Assembly: GCA_965243025.1 (NCBI GenBank) | Contig: CBDETY010000003.1 | Span: 5,184,001-5,248,000 of the forward strand | Length of the DNA stretch: 64,000 bases | Direction: 5' to 3' | DNA from: Candidatus Latescibacterota bacterium | Lineage (GTDB): Bacteria > Latescibacterota > UBA2968 > UBA8231 | In this document: in pieces, positions 28,089-37,609 of the stretch | Numbering within the stretch: position 1 is the stretch's first letter | Layout: every line of letters starts with the position of its first letter | Notes under the pieces: generated by a model | Databases searched by the model: none | The model's input: the letters and a program-made list of their open reading frames with translations, nothing else | What the model was told of the DNA's origin: nothing | Position numbers and translations under genes: made by a program

Positions 28089-29564
28089 TCAGGCAACGCC
28101 GGCCAGCGCCTCCTTCCCGAACTGCTCGACGGCATCCAGCGTCTCCCGCACGTCGTTCCAGGTCGTGGTGTGGTTGAGGATACACAGCCTGAGGGCAAAG
28201 GTCCCGTGAAGAAGCGTCGATGAAATGAACGCGCGCTCGTCCCAGAATACGCGGGAAAGCACGGTCCTGTTGACCTTGTCCAGCGCATCTTCATCGAGGT
28301 CGGTGCCTTCAGGGTTGACCCGGAAACACACGATTCCCAACGACGCGGGATTCACGATCTCCAGGTAAAGACTCCCCTGGACGTAGCTCTCGGCCCGGGC
28401 GGCAAGCTCCATCCCCCTGGCCACGGCGCTCCGGAAAGCAACCATACCGAAGGTCTGGATCGACACCCAGACCTTCAAGGCACGAACCGAGCGACTCAGC
28501 TGCAAGCCGCGGTCCGAGAAGTTCGGGTGATTCGCCCCCCAGATGGTGTCCTGCAGGACATCGTGCTTGACAGCGAATGCACGCTCGAGTGTGCGCAGGT
28601 CTTTCACCAGGAGGCAACCTGCCTCATACGGCTGGAAGAACCACTTGTGAGCGTCCAGCCCGATCGAATCGGCGCGCTCGATTCCTCGCAGCAGCCCCTG
28701 GCCCTCTTCGGTCACGATCGCGAAGCCCCCGTATGCGGCGTCCACGTGCAGCCAGATTCCTTCGGCCTCGCAGAAATCGGCCATGGCTTCGAGGGGGTCG
28801 ATGGCCCCGGTGCTGGCCGCCCCGGCGTTGGCGCATGCCGCGATGGGATTGAATCCGGCCGCGCGGTCGTCGGCGACGGCGCGCGCGAGGGCGGCCACGT
28901 CCAGACGGAATCGCCGGTCGGTCGGAATCATGCGGACGCACTCCGGGCGAACGCCGACGATCCGTGCCGCGCGGACGTGGGCGCTATGGCTCTGGTCGCT
29001 CATGTACACTGTCGCTCGCTCAGGGTGGCCGGCCTCTTCCCGTGCCGCGACAAAGGCGTCGACGCTGGCCGCCGAGCCCCCGCTGGTGAACAGTCCGCCT
29101 GCGGTCTCAGGGTAGCCGAGCCAGCATCGGATCCAGTCGACGACGACCAGTTCCAGCTGGCTCGGGCCGCTCGAGGTCAGCCAGGTGCACTGGTTGACCT
29201 GGTACCCGGCGGCCATGAAATCGGCCAGCACTCCGGGCCAGGTGGGGGATGAGGGGATGAACCCGAAGAAACGGGGGTGATCGATTCGCGCCGCAACCGG
29301 GAGGATCTTTCTCGCCGCCCGCTCGAGGACCTCGGCTGCGGGACGGCCCTTCTCGGGCGGATCCTCCACCAGTTGGGCCTCGAGCTCCTGCCGGAAATCT
29401 CCCTCCCAGGGACTTTCACCGGACAGGCCCTCGATTCGCTCCACGATGAGCCCGGCGGTCTTGTGTGCAAGCTCGAGCATCATTTCGGGCGGCATCTGCA
29501 AACTGTCAGGAGTTTCGTCCGGCGATCCCTTTTGCTTCGAGTCATCTGACATCGACAGCTCCAT
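28089..29564 (-). CDS. PLP-dependent group II decarboxylase (aromatic L-amino acid decarboxylase-like)
   Basis: HPRFFGFI, TSGGS, WLHVDAAYGG, DAHKWFFQPY (PLP Lys), RALKVW; alternative start at 29552. Confidence 0.9.
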   Translation of the reverse strand: MELSMSDDSKQKGSPDETPDSLQMPPEMMLELAHKTAGLIVERIEGLSGESPWEGDFRQELEAQLVEDPPEKGRPAAEVLERAARKILPVAARIDHPRFFGFIPSSPTWPGVLADFMAAGYQVNQCTWLTSSGPSQLELVVVDWIRCWLGYPETAGGLFTSGGSAASVDAFVAAREEAGHPERATVYMSDQSHSAHVRAARIVGVRPECVRMIPTDRRFRLDVAALARAVADDRAAGFNPIAACANAGAASTGAIDPLEAMADFCEAEGIWLHVDAAYGGFAIVTEEGQGLLRGIERADSIGLDAHKWFFQPYEAGCLLVKDLRTLERAFAVKHDVLQDTIWGANHPNFSDRGLQLSRSVRALKVWVSIQTFGMVAFRSAVARGMELAARAESYVQGSLYLEIVNPASLGIVCFRVNPEGTDLDEDALDKVNRTVLSRVFWDERAFISSTLLHGTFALRLCILNHTTTWNDVRETLDAVEQFGKEALAGVA

Positions 29565-29833
29565 GGTTGTGGTCTCCTTTATGGCAACTTGAAACCAAGG
29601 TTCAAAATCAAACGAGATTGAGTTCACCATTTTTACTTCGAGTCATCTGACATCGGCAGCCTCCATTGGTTGTGGTCTCCTCTATGGCAACTTGAAACCA
29701 AGGTTCAAAGTCATACGAGATTGAGTTCACTATTTTTACTTCGAGTCATCTGACATCGACAGCCTCCATTTGGTTGCGGTCTCCTCTACGGCAACTTGAA
29801 ACCAAGGTTCAAAACATACGAGATTGCAGTTCA
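29535..29833. repeat. Three tandem ~101-103 bp copies of the decarboxylase leader/RBS/first codons
   Basis: Units start at 29535, 29636, 29739 (cttcgagtcatctgacatc...ggcaacttgaaaccaaggttcaaa...cgagattg). Confidence 0.92.
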
Positions 29834-29840
29834 ACAACCC

Positions 29841-29987
29841 GATCTTTCAGGGAAGTTGGAGTTGCCTGACTGATCCCCAGGGCCGGAGAAAAACCATGAC
29901 CCTTCCCATGCGCGTCGGTCTCGGACAGTTCAACACCCTGACCGACGAGATGCTCACCTTCATAAAGCAGATCGGCGTCGACGATTT
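29841..29987 (+). repeat. Right copy of ~147-bp direct repeat (decayed partner-gene end plus intact uxuA start)
   Basis: Aligns with 27908-28054. Confidence 0.85.
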
Positions 29988-30876
29988 CCTGATGAACATG
30001 GTCCAAGGCTCCTCGCTGCCCGGGGACCATCAGTGGGAGTACCAAGACCTTCTGGCGCTCAGACAGCGCGCCGACGCCGCCGGGCTCCGCCTGATGGCGA
30101 TCGAGAACGTCCCCTTCTCCTTCTACGACAAGGCGATGCTCGGGCTGCCGGGGCGCGACGGGCAGATCGCCCACATGCAGGCGACGATCCGCAACCTCGG
30201 CAGGGCCGGCATCCCGACGCTGGGGTATCACTGGGTCCCCAACGGGGTCTGGCGCACCCCGGATCCGGCGGTGCTCCCCGGCGGAGCGAGGGGCACCCGC
30301 TTCGACCTGGCCGCCCACGAGGATAAAGGGTTCACCCACGGCCGCGAGTTCACCGCCGACGAGATGTGGGAGAACTACCAGTACTACCTCGAGCGCATCC
30401 TGCCGGTCGCAGAAGAGGCCGGCGTCCGTCTCGCCCTGCACCCTGACGATCCGCCGGTCCCCTCGCTGGGCGGCATCGCGCGGATCTTCGGCAGCTTCGA
30501 CGCCTTCCGGCGCGCCATGGATCGCTTCGACAGCCCCAACCACGGCCTCAACTTCTGCATGGGCTGCTGGTCGGAGATGGGGGGCCACGACAATGTCGTC
30601 AGGGCAATCCGCCACTTCGGCGGCCAGGGGAAGATCGTCTACGTCCACTTCCGCGACGTGCAGGGGCAGATCCCCTGCTTCAACGAGTGCTTCATCGGCG
30701 ACGGCAACGTCAACACCTTCGAGGTGGTAAAGACCCTCAGGGAGGTCGGCTTCACCGGCTTCATGATCCCCGACCACGTGCCGGCGACCGACGGCGATTC
30801 ATCCTGGCACCACCGGGGCCGCGCCCATGCCGTAGGCTACATGAAGGCGCTGCTGCAGGTGGTGGAGCAGCTGTAG
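29896..30876 (+). CDS. uxuA: Mannonate dehydratase family
   Basis: 'VRLALHPDDPP', 'YVHFRDV', 'ECFIGDG', 'MIPDHVP', 'AVGYMKAL'; GGAG RBS. Confidence 0.85.
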   Translation: MTLPMRVGLGQFNTLTDEMLTFIKQIGVDDFLMNMVQGSSLPGDHQWEYQDLLALRQRADAAGLRLMAIENVPFSFYDKAMLGLPGRDGQIAHMQATIRNLGRAGIPTLGYHWVPNGVWRTPDPAVLPGGARGTRFDLAAHEDKGFTHGREFTADEMWENYQYYLERILPVAEEAGVRLALHPDDPPVPSLGGIARIFGSFDAFRRAMDRFDSPNHGLNFCMGCWSEMGGHDNVVRAIRHFGGQGKIVYVHFRDVQGQIPCFNECFIGDGNVNTFEVVKTLREVGFTGFMIPDHVPATDGDSSWHHRGRAHAVGYMKALLQVVEQL

Positions 30877-30889
30877 CCGCGGTCCCCGC

Positions 30890-31876
30890 CTATTGCGCCA
30901 CATCCGCGGGGCGGCCGCTTGCCCGGGAGGCGTACACCCCCTCGGTCAGCTGCGCCACCCGCAGTCCGCAGATGCCGGGGGCCTGCACTTCCGCCCGGCC
31001 CTGGATGGCGTCGATGAAATTGTGTGCCGGCGACGCGCCCCCGCCGGCCGGCCGCGGCAGCAGGATGTCCTCCCCCCGCCTGTGGACCATCAGCGGTTCG
31101 GCGGCTCCGAACCTCATCACCCCTTCCGTCCCGTAGAAGGTGAACTCCTCCCGCCACTCCGGCGAGAGCGAGGTGTAGGCCAGGGTGCCGACGGCGCCGT
31201 TGGTGAACTCGACGGTAACCGCGGTGAGCACGTCGACATCGGTGCCCTCCTGGTTGATGAAGGCCTGGACGCGCTTCGGCTCGAGGCCGGTTGCCCACAG
31301 CAGGATGTCGTTGATGTGGCTGCCGGTGTCCATGAAGTGGCCCCCGCCGGACAGCGCCGGGTCGGCCCGCCAGGAGGCTCCCGGAAGGAAGATGGACAGG
31401 CAGTCCTGGGCGATGATGGCGTGGACCAGGCGTATCTCGCCGATGGCGCCGCCGAGGAGCAGCTTGCGGGCGCGGATGAAGCGCCCTTCTCCGTGTCTCT
31501 GGTAAGCGATGGCCAGCACCTTGCCCGAGACCGCGGCGGCGTCGAGGATTCCCCGGGCATCGGCCGCAGTGGTCGTCATCGGCTTCTCGACAAGGACGTG
31601 CAGGCCCGCCCGCAGGCACTGCCGCACCTGCTCTCCGTGCTGGGTGTGCGGAGTGGCGACGACGACGGCGTCGAGACCCCCTTCCGCGAGCAGCTGTTTC
31701 CAGTCCCGGAACTGCGCCGCCTCTTCGCCGCCGAGGGAGCGCTGCAGCTGCGCCATCGAATCCCCGTCGGTGTCGCAGAGCGCCGCGATGCAGGCGTCGT
31801 CCCGCTGCGAGATCTGGTTCGCGTGGTGCCTTCCCATGCCCCCGGTCCCGATGATACCTGTCCGGATCGCCGTCAC
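30890..31876 (-). CDS. Gfo/Idh/MocA family oxidoreductase
   Basis: GIIGTGGMG, HVLVEKPM, GGGHFMDTGSH. Confidence 0.92.
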   Translation of the reverse strand: MTAIRTGIIGTGGMGRHHANQISQRDDACIAALCDTDGDSMAQLQRSLGGEEAAQFRDWKQLLAEGGLDAVVVATPHTQHGEQVRQCLRAGLHVLVEKPMTTTAADARGILDAAAVSGKVLAIAYQRHGEGRFIRARKLLLGGAIGEIRLVHAIIAQDCLSIFLPGASWRADPALSGGGHFMDTGSHINDILLWATGLEPKRVQAFINQEGTDVDVLTAVTVEFTNGAVGTLAYTSLSPEWREEFTFYGTEGVMRFGAAEPLMVHRRGEDILLPRPAGGGASPAHNFIDAIQGRAEVQAPGICGLRVAQLTEGVYASRASGRPADVAQ

Positions 31877-32091
31877 CGTGTTCCTTTCGTCCTGCCCGCG
31901 GCCGCGGGCTGTTGCACTCCCCGCCGGGGTTTTCCCCGCCGGGCGAAGCGGCTAAAATAGCCGCCCTCAATTATGGTTCAACTCGATACATACCCCCTGG
32001 CGGCGGCGAAATTCCCCCTGGAATTCCCCCCCGAACCCGGGTCCGCGGACCGCGGCCGCCAGGCGCCGCGGTTGCGGCTCGGGAGAATGAG

Positions 32092-33675
32092 ATGACCGGG
32101 GCCGAGAGTGTCGTCGAGACGCTGACCAGAGCCGGAGTCCGCCATCTCTTCGCGCTCTCCGGCAACCAGAATCTGCCGCTCTTCGACGCCTGCATCGGCA
32201 GCGGCATCCGGCTGATCCACACCCGCCACGAGGCGGCGGCGGTGCACATGGCCGACGGCTGGGGCCGGCTCTGCGGCGAACCGGGGGTCGCCCTGCTGAC
32301 CGCCGGCCCCGGGCACTGCAACGGCATCACCGGGCTGTACGTCGCCCGGGAGGCGGAGTCCCCCCTGGTGCTGATCAGCGGCAGTAGCCCGGTCTCGCAG
32401 TCGGGCATGGGGGCTTTCCAGGAGCTCGACCAGGCGGCGGTTGCGGGGCCGGTGACCAAGTGGTCGCACACCGCCACCGGCGCCGAGCCGCTGGCAGAGG
32501 TCGTCGCCCGGGCGTTGAAGGTCGCCTCCGGCGGCCGCCCCGGTCCCGTCCACGTCAGCCTTCCCGTCGACCTGCTGCAGGCAAGTGTGCCGGAACCTGC
32601 CCCGCAGCCGCAGTTCCCCGGAGCGACAGGTCCGCGGCTGAGCGACGGCGACGCCGGGGACATCCTCGACCGCCTGCAGGCCGCTTCCAGTCCCCTGATC
32701 CTGGCGGGGCCCGCCATGTCGCGGGGCCGCGCCTGGAACGCGGTGCGGGAACTCCAGTCCGCCACCGGGGTGCCGGCGCTGCCGTGCGAGAGCCCGCGCG
32801 GGGTCGACGATCCCTGGCTGCGCGGCGCCAACAGCTGTCTGGGCAGGGCCGACTTCGTGCTGCTGCTCGGAAAGCAGCTCGACTTCTCCCTCCGCTTCGG
32901 GGAGCCCCCCGCTTTTTCCGAGGCGGTGAGCTTCCTGTCCGTCGACGCCGAAGGGGGGGGCGTCAACGGGGACCGGATCGAGTGCTGTTTCCGCGGCGAT
33001 CCGGAGGCGGCGGCTCGAACCCTCGCCACGGCCGCCGCAGGGCGGGAGTGGCGGCAGGGCCCGTGGGGCCGGGAAGTCCAGGCGGCGCGCGCGGTGCCCC
33101 TGGAATGGCTGCCGCACCGCATGAGCAGGGAAACTCCCATGCATCCCCTGGCGGTCTGCGAGGCGCTGCAGCCGTTCCTCGAGGAGAACGCCGTCTTCGT
33201 CAGCGACGGCGGGGAGTTCGGGCAGTGGATGCAGGCCGGGCTCGCCGCGGAGCTGCGCCTGATCAACGGCCCCTCCGGGGCGATCGGCAGCTCCCTGCCG
33301 ATGGGGATGGCCGCCAGGCTCCGCTGCCCGGAGCGGAACGTCTTCGTGTTCCTGGGGGACGGCACCTTCGGGTACCACGCCCTCGAGATCGACACCTGCG
33401 TCCGCTACGGCCTTCCGGTAGTAGCAATCGTCGGCAACGACGCCCGCTGGAACGCCGAGGTGCAGCTGCAGATCCGCCAGTACGGCCCCGACCGCACCAT
33501 CGGCTGCGACCTCCTGCCGACCCGGTACGACCGCGTCGCCGAGGCCCTCGGCGGATACGGCGAACGGGTGGAGGACCCCGGCGAGCTGAGGCCGGCGGTG
33601 GAGCGCGCCCTTGCCAGCGGCCTCCCCTCTGTCCTCGACGTCTCCATCGAGGCGGCCGCGGCGCCGGCTTTCTGA
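32092..33675 (+). CDS. Thiamine-diphosphate-dependent enzyme (acetolactate synthase/2-hydroxyacyl-CoA lyase-like)
   Basis: MTGAESV, RHEAAAVHMADGW, LGDGTFG...GND motif. Confidence 0.88.
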   Translation: MTGAESVVETLTRAGVRHLFALSGNQNLPLFDACIGSGIRLIHTRHEAAAVHMADGWGRLCGEPGVALLTAGPGHCNGITGLYVAREAESPLVLISGSSPVSQSGMGAFQELDQAAVAGPVTKWSHTATGAEPLAEVVARALKVASGGRPGPVHVSLPVDLLQASVPEPAPQPQFPGATGPRLSDGDAGDILDRLQAASSPLILAGPAMSRGRAWNAVRELQSATGVPALPCESPRGVDDPWLRGANSCLGRADFVLLLGKQLDFSLRFGEPPAFSEAVSFLSVDAEGGGVNGDRIECCFRGDPEAAARTLATAAAGREWRQGPWGREVQAARAVPLEWLPHRMSRETPMHPLAVCEALQPFLEENAVFVSDGGEFGQWMQAGLAAELRLINGPSGAIGSSLPMGMAARLRCPERNVFVFLGDGTFGYHALEIDTCVRYGLPVVAIVGNDARWNAEVQLQIRQYGPDRTIGCDLLPTRYDRVAEALGGYGERVEDPGELRPAVERALASGLPSVLDVSIEAAAAPAF

Positions 33676-33876
33676 AGGTTTCCGGGACGCGCCGGTGGCC
33701 GGCCGCATCCTGAAGCCCAGGTTGGCAACCCTGCGCCAGGTCCGGTTCTTCCCCGGGCGGCCGGATCTCCGGTTTTCCCCGTGCCCTATCTTCTATGGGC
33801 GAAATCTGGCGAACGCCGGGAAGTCGGCGGGAACCGCGGGGCAGCGCCCCCCGAAACCATCACCTCGGAGAATGAC

Positions 33877-35220
33877 GTGACGACCACACCACCAACTACT
33901 GACAGACCGGCGCGCGCGGCGGGCAACGGCAATGCGGGCGATTTCAAGGTAGCCGACATCGGGCTGGCGGCATGGGGCCGCAAGGAGATCGAGCTGGCAG
34001 AAAAAGAGATGCCCGGCCTGATGGCGCTGCGCGAGGAATACGGCCCGCGGCAGCCGCTCGAGGGGGCTCGCATCGCCGGCTCCCTGCACATGACGATTCA
34101 GACCGCCGTGCTGATTGAAACGCTGCAGGCCCTGGGGGCCCGGGTGCGCTGGGCTTCCTGCAACATCTTCTCCACCCAGGACCACGCCGCCGCCGCGGTC
34201 GCCGAGGCCGGCACCCCGGTGTTCGCCTGGAAGGGGGAGAGCGAAAAGGAGTACTGGTGGTGCACCGACCAGACCCTGAACTGGCCGCAGGAGGGCCCCA
34301 ACCTGATCCTCGACGACGGGGGCGACCTGACCCGGTGGGTCCACGACGAGCGGCCCGAGCTGCTGGCGGGGATCCGGGGAACCTCCGAAGAGACGACGAC
34401 GGGGGTCCACAACCTGCATCGCATGCTCGCCGCCGGGTCGCTGAAGATTCCGGCCATCAACGTCAACGACGGGGTTACCAAGTCGAAGTTCGACAACCTC
34501 TACGGCTGCCGGGAGTCGCTGCTCGACGGCATCAAGAGGGCCACCGACATCATGACCGCCGGCAAGGTCGCCGTCGTCGCCGGGTACGGGGACGTCGGCA
34601 AAGGGTGCGCCCAGTCGATGCGCGGGTTCGGCTCGCGGGTCATCGTCACCGAGGTCGATCCGATCTGCGCGCTGCAGGCGGCGATGGAGGGGATCGAGGT
34701 GATGCCGATGGACCGGGCGGTGGCGGAGGGGGACATCTTCATCACCACGACCGGGTGCCGGGACGTGATCACCATCGATCACATGCAGGGGATGAAGGAC
34801 GGATCCATCGTCTGCAACATCGGCCACTTCGACGTCGAGATTCAGGTCGCCGGGCTCGAAGCTTATCCAGGCATCCGCAAGGAGGAGATCAAGCCGCAGG
34901 TCGACCGCTACACCTTCCCCGACGGCCGCTCGATCATCCTGCTGGCCGAAGGCCGCCTGGTGAACCTCGGCTGCGCCACCGGACATCCGTCGTTCGTGAT
35001 GTCGATGTCGTTCACCAACCAGGTGCTCGCGCAGATCGAGCTGTTCACCGGGGAGCACGAGATCGGCGTCCACCGCCTGCCCAAGAAGCTCGACGAGCAG
35101 GTGGCGCGGCTGCACCTCGGGAAGTTGGGAATCGAGCTCGACCGCCTCGGCGAGGACCAGGCGGAGTACATCGGGGTGTCGGTCGAAGGCCCGTACAAGC
35201 CGGATCACTACAAGTACTAG
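33877..35220 (+). CDS. ahcY: Adenosylhomocysteinase
   Basis: [55 protein letters not shown]; GTG start after GGAG. Confidence 0.97.
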   Translation: MTTTPPTTDRPARAAGNGNAGDFKVADIGLAAWGRKEIELAEKEMPGLMALREEYGPRQPLEGARIAGSLHMTIQTAVLIETLQALGARVRWASCNIFSTQDHAAAAVAEAGTPVFAWKGESEKEYWWCTDQTLNWPQEGPNLILDDGGDLTRWVHDERPELLAGIRGTSEETTTGVHNLHRMLAAGSLKIPAINVNDGVTKSKFDNLYGCRESLLDGIKRATDIMTAGKVAVVAGYGDVGKGCAQSMRGFGSRVIVTEVDPICALQAAMEGIEVMPMDRAVAEGDIFITTTGCRDVITIDHMQGMKDGSIVCNIGHFDVEIQVAGLEAYPGIRKEEIKPQVDRYTFPDGRSIILLAEGRLVNLGCATGHPSFVMSMSFTNQVLAQIELFTGEHEIGVHRLPKKLDEQVARLHLGKLGIELDRLGEDQAEYIGVSVEGPYKPDHYKY

Positions 35221-35352
35221 GCCCGTCGATACAGCGGCTCTGAATGCCGGACCGTCCGGGCGGCCGCATCCCGGATGGTCTCGACGGAGTCAGGTCAGGG
35301 CCAACCGCCGTTTCCGCGAAGGCGCGGCGTCGAGAGAGAACCGACTCTCATG

Positions 35353-35397
35353 AAAAAAGCCCCCCGGAGATTCACTCCGGGGGGCTTGCTGTTTTTT
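35353..35397. terminator. Bidirectional intrinsic terminator between ahcY and rpoZ
   Basis: AAGCCCCCCGGA-gattcac-TCCGGGGGGCTT stem with A-run on the left and T-run on the right, between convergent genes. Confidence 0.85.
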
Positions 35398-35408
35398 GTC
35401 CGGGCCTC

Positions 35409-35636
35409 TTACCCGGCTTGCTCCTCGTCGACTTCCTCTTCGATCCGGGTGACGATGCGCCCGTCGGTGTACTCCCCGAGGGCGGTCGCCGGGGCGTTGT
35501 GCAAGGCTTCACCCGTCTGCATCGCCCGCGAGTTGATGTCGCGGGCACGGCTGAAGATCGCCCTGCAGACTTCGTACTTGTTTTCGACCTCCTGCAGGGC
35601 GGCTGAGACTTCGCCAGAGAAAATCGTTTTTGCCAT
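35409..35636 (-). CDS. rpoZ: RNA polymerase omega subunit-like protein
   Basis: 75 aa, 'VENKYEVCRAIFSRARDIN...ALGEYTDGRI', acidic tail; AAGGAGGT RBS. Confidence 0.7.
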   Translation of the reverse strand: MAKTIFSGEVSAALQEVENKYEVCRAIFSRARDINSRAMQTGEALHNAPATALGEYTDGRIVTRIEEEVDEEQAG

Positions 35637-35663
35637 CGCGGCGCACCTCCTTGTTGACGCTAG

Positions 35664-35691
35664 AAACTAACCGTTGCTGTGAATTTGACAA
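35664..35691 (-). promoter_or_regulatory. Possible sigma70 promoter of rpoZ
   Basis: Minus strand TTGTCA-N16-TAGTTT upstream of the RBS. Confidence 0.35.
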
Positions 35692-35762
35692 CCGCTTGCG
35701 GCAGACCGGGTTGAAGCGTCCCGGGGGGATGTGACGGCTTTCGGGACGGGCGCCCTCGAAGG

Positions 35763-36434
35763 TCAGCCGCGAATCCCGGCGATCAGTTCCACCACCCGGC
35801 GCACCTCCGCGGTGAGACGGGGGAAATCCCCGGAGGCCAGGATCTCTTTCGTGATCAGCTTGGAGCCGACGCCGACGCAGGCGACCCCGGCGCCGAACCA
35901 GGCCTCCAGACTCTCCCGCGTGACGTCCACGCCCCCGGTGGGCATGATGCGGGTCCAGGGACAGGGACCGAGCACGGACTTGACGAACTCCGGGCCGCCC
36001 ACCTCGGCCCCGGGGAACACCTTGACGATCTCGACCCCCAGCTCTTCGGCGGCGGCGATCTCGGAGACGCTGCCGCAGCCCGGGGAGTAGGGGATCTTGC
36101 GGCGGTTGCAGAGCCTGCCCACCTCGGCGTTGAGCAGCGGCCCGACGACGAAGTTTGCGCCGCTGGCGATGTAGAGGGCCGCGGTCGGGGCGTCGACGAT
36201 CGAGCCGACCCCGAGGATGACGTCGATCCCGTTGTCGATGACGTGCCGGGCGGCGTCGGCGAAGACGCGGTAGGCCAGGTCGCCGCGGTTGGTGAACTCG
36301 ACGACGCGGGCGCCCCCTTCGGCGCACGCCTCGATGGTCGAGATGACGGTTTTCAGGTCGCCGTGGTAGAAGACCGGAACAACGCCGACATCGAAGATCG
36401 CGTTGAGCACGGCCATGCGGTCGTGTTGCGCCAT
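35763..36434 (-). CDS. eda: KDPG/KHG aldolase
   Basis: VEFTNRG, GVGSI, PGCGSVSEI, VKVFP, MPTGGV. Confidence 0.9.
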   Translation of the reverse strand: MAQHDRMAVLNAIFDVGVVPVFYHGDLKTVISTIEACAEGGARVVEFTNRGDLAYRVFADAARHVIDNGIDVILGVGSIVDAPTAALYIASGANFVVGPLLNAEVGRLCNRRKIPYSPGCGSVSEIAAAEELGVEIVKVFPGAEVGGPEFVKSVLGPCPWTRIMPTGGVDVTRESLEAWFGAGVACVGVGSKLITKEILASGDFPRLTAEVRRVVELIAGIRG

Positions 36435-36606
36435 GGTGCGGAAAAGCTCCCGGTAATAGGGTCGGAAAACCTCAGCCCGCCCTGGAGACGGGGCCGGGCC
36501 TCGGCAGCCGGTCGGGCGCCGGGGTCGACACGGACCGGCAGGAGATCCGGCGGCCGCCGGAAGAGACAGGGCAAACCTGGTGAACGGAACCTGGTGAACG
36601 GGACAA

Positions 36607-37377
36607 CTACGGGACGGGAAACGGGGGCGGCGTTTCCGGATAATGGCGGTAGCGGTCCTCGCCGCGCAGCAGGACCGGCTTCCAGTTGCCGCCCAGCGAG
36701 TTGATCTCGGTCTGGCGCGCCTCGGGGGGAATGAAGCGGACCGTAAGGCCGCAGCGCCTGCGGTTCGAGGTGTTGGGATGGCTGGCGTGATACACCTTGC
36801 CGTAGTGGATGGACATCTGGCCGGCTTTCAGCTCGAGATTGACGGCGTTGGTCTTGTCGACGTACTCGTCGGGAATCTCCTGGTTGATGCTGAGCAGGTT
36901 GCCGCCGCGGTCCGACTTGCCGTGCGGGACGATCCCCTCGGTATGCGAGCCGGGAATCACCTGCATGCAGCCGTTCTCGACGTCGCTGTCGTCGATGGCG
37001 ATCCAGGCGGTGTGGGCCTCGTCCGGCTCGAGCCCCCAGTAGGTGACGTCCTGGTGCCAGGCGACGAACTTCTCCCCCTTGGCGTCGGGGTACTTGCAGA
37101 AGAAGTGGGTGCTCAGCAGCAGCAGGTCCTCGCCCATGACCCCCTCCATCCAGTCGAGGACGCGGGGGTCGGCGGCCAGCTTCCAGATGAATTCCTGGTC
37201 GAAGTGCCGGGCTTGCAGTCCGATCTGGGTCGTCTCCTTGCCCTCGCGGGCTTCCAGCTCGTCGAACTGCTCCCGGTAGGCGCCGATTTCATCGGCGCTG
37301 AACAGGTCGATGGGGGAGAGGTACCCGTCCGTTTCGTACTGCTGCCGCGTTGAATCGGTCACGGTTGCGGTCGTCAT
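36607..37377 (-). CDS. PhyH family dioxygenase
   Basis: AWHQDVTYW, ENGCMQVIPGSH, 'VYHASHPNTS.RRR'. Confidence 0.9.
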   Translation of the reverse strand: MTTATVTDSTRQQYETDGYLSPIDLFSADEIGAYREQFDELEAREGKETTQIGLQARHFDQEFIWKLAADPRVLDWMEGVMGEDLLLLSTHFFCKYPDAKGEKFVAWHQDVTYWGLEPDEAHTAWIAIDDSDVENGCMQVIPGSHTEGIVPHGKSDRGGNLLSINQEIPDEYVDKTNAVNLELKAGQMSIHYGKVYHASHPNTSNRRRCGLTVRFIPPEARQTEINSLGGNWKPVLLRGEDRYRHYPETPPPFPVP

Positions 37378-37609
37378 CTCGATTGCTCCTGAATTCGTCG
37401 GTGCGCTTTCTTCGGGAGTTCCGAAAGCTATGGAAAGGGCACCGGCCCCTCAACCGATTCCAGCCTTCCCGCGGCCGTCCCGGTAATTGGACAGGCACCG
37501 GAACGCCGCTACCTTCACCGCCTCTTTCAGCCCGCTGATAAAAGTTGCCCCGCAGGGCCGGTTGCCCGGATGGACTCCCACCGGGTTGCCCGAGAAGAAC
37601 GGAGGCCGC

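Noticed and set aside
29535-29833. CRISPR array interpretation of the tandem repeat
   Set aside because: The whole ~101-bp unit repeats with no unique spacers, it contains the neighbouring gene's start, and no cas genes are present.
33676-33876. SAH riboswitch upstream of ahcY
   Set aside because: Only a partial CGCCAGG resemblance; the 5' GAGGAGCG-like element is missing.
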